A stretch of DNA of 64,000 nt from Dehalococcoidia bacterium UBA1162 (lineage in GTDB: Bacteria > Chloroflexota > Dehalococcoidia > GIF9 > UBA5629). The notes beneath the pieces were generated by a model. That model made no database searches. It was not told the DNA's origin and saw only the letters and a list, made by a program, of their open reading frames with translations. A program made the translations under genes and the position numbers. The stretch covers positions 121,708 through 185,707 of the forward strand of contig DBZK01000020.1 in the NCBI GenBank assembly GCA_002311135.1, read 5' to 3'. Shown here in pieces: positions 63,009 to 64,000 of this stretch (the first letter of the stretch is position 1; the number at the start of each line of letters is the position of its first letter).

Positions 63009-63252
63009 ACTATTCTATTCCTTCAGTTTTACTCTCTATTTTTCGGCAAATTAAAAAGCCACCCAGTTGCTCCCGGACTTCTCCCCGATCTGGCCCACAT
63101 CCCGGGTCAACCAGCCGGCTTATTTAATATCCAGGTCCTGCAAACGAAGCGCTAAAACCAATAAATATTAGCGCAAGTTTGCAACAAATGAAAATGTTAT
63201 CATAGGGTTTAGATTCCTGTCAACAATGGACACAATGGGGCCAATACCCAAT

Positions 63253-63564
63253 TTACCTTACCGGCAACTCGATGGTCAAGGTCGCCCCCTGCCCCGGCAC
63301 ACTTTCTGCCAAGATCGTTCCCCCGTGTTCCATCACAATGCCATGGCATATGCTGAGGCCCAGCCCCGTCCCTTCTCCAACTTCTTTGGTAGTATAAAAC
63401 GGGTCGAAGATACGGCTTATGGCCTCGGGCGCTATGCCGGGTCCGTCATCTGCAATAACCACGATTACCTTCCCATCGACAAGTTTTGTATTTACAATGA
63501 GAGTTCCCCTCCTGTTGGTCCGGTACATAAAATACTCTGCGTTTAAAATAATATTCAGGAACAC
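63253..63564 (-). pseudogene. histidine-kinase remnant: HATPase_c domain only (N-box through G2 box), no HisKA/sensor upstream
   Basis: N box QQVFLNIILNA, G1 DDGPGI, G2 GTGLGLSI. An in-frame stop lies 11 codons upstream of the GTG start. No H-box ORF is present in any minus frame upstream. Confidence 0.5.
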
Positions 63565-63927
63565 TTGCTGAAGCTGAGAAATATGCCCAACAAATCAATC
63601 AGCCCGTTGGCTGACGGCAGTTGAGCGGATTTACTCCGGCCCTTTTCGTCCGTCGATGCTTTTGGCCTCTTGCTTTTGGGGGAGACCTGTGGGGGGCAGG
63701 AGCCTTTGATTTGGATTTCTTACTATCCTTCTTATTACTTTTCCGCACCATGTCCCTGTCCCCGCCAAAATTAAAAAATCGATCGGTTTTGGATACTACA
63801 TTATTTTATACTCTTTTAAGCGATCGTGTGTCAACGACTTCCGGCCAAAAAACGTGAGATTAATAGCCCAATTTTTTGAATGTTTTGTGCATGCCTGAAG
63901 CGACAGCTATAATTGAACCGGTCTATT

Positions 63928-64000
63928 ATGCCAACTAATACCCATGATGCATTCTTACGCAACGTCGTGAAACCGGCCAGGTACATAGGCGGTGAATGGA
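63928..64000 (+). CDS. radical-SAM family protein (TIGR03960-like), 3'-truncated by window edge
   Basis: MPTNTHDAFLRNVVKPARYIGGEW is the characteristic KPARYIGGE(W/L)N N-terminus. TATAAT at 63908-63913. No SD. Confidence 0.45.
   Translation, partial: MPTNTHDAFLRNVVKPARYIGGEW

Noticed and set aside
62970-63155. 61-aa plus-strand ORF overlapping the rpsL start and leader
   Set aside because: Antisense to the rpsL 5' end and leader. No signals. Likely spurious.
63621-63857. 78-aa plus-strand ORF in the ORF-free region
   Set aside because: Low-complexity translation (runs of L/F/G). No RBS. Sits in a G-run/palindrome-containing stretch. Considered non-coding.

Overview
This 64-kb window is a bacterial chromosome segment of about 55% GC that is almost fully coding. 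By gene content it is a non-proteobacterial lineage with several archaeal-type isozymes, and the translation proteins mostly carry the cysteine (zinc-ribbon) forms. Three blocks are visible.

(1) 1-11.3 kb is a metabolic/transport locus. On the + strand it holds a DUF1385 fragment, an SDR oxidoreductase, an AbfD-like 4-hydroxybutyryl-CoA dehydratase-family Fe-S enzyme, a LivK-type substrate-binding protein and a LEA_2/WHy lipoprotein. These converge on a minus-strand operon livH-livM-livG-livF followed by two tandem family-III (CaiB/BaiF) CoA-transferases.

(2) 11.6-43.2 kb is a housekeeping block, mostly on the + strand. It holds a phosphohexomutase, a nucleotidyltransferase/LbH gene, uppS and a geranylgeranyl reductase, then nusA-ylxR-infB-rbfA-truB. 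After these come an unannotated 47-aa zinc-ribbon-like ORF, a PHP phosphoesterase, a tandem Usp, and a mycobacterial-type phosphatidylinositol module (ino1, pimA-like, pgsA1-like). These are followed by purA, dapA-asd-dapB, pnp-rpsO, dnaX-ybaB-recR-recO, an APH-like/P-loop-kinase fusion, ahcY, metK, a phosphomannomutase/phosphoglucomutase and an archaeal-type phosphoglucose/phosphomannose isomerase.

(3) 43.2-63.0 kb is one continuous minus-strand ribosomal super-operon. It runs rpsL-rpsG-fusA-rpsJ...rplB...secY-adk-map-infA-rpmJ...rpoA-rplQ-truA-rplM-rpsI, with no tuf gene between fusA and rpsJ. The last kilobase holds a histidine-kinase HATPase-only remnant, an ORF-free stretch of about 360 nt and the 5' end of a radical-SAM gene.

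There is no CRISPR array, rRNA, tRNA or obvious mobile element. The most notable unannotated item is a 20-codon very basic micro-ORF in the 133-nt spacer between rplW and rplB; from memory it resembles a bS22-type mini ribosomal protein. Other items worth a second look are the small zinc-ribbon ORF after truB, a promoter-plus-terminator leader in front of nusA, a 20-bp perfect palindrome in the AT-rich divergent region at 11.4 kb, and the inositol-lipid module.
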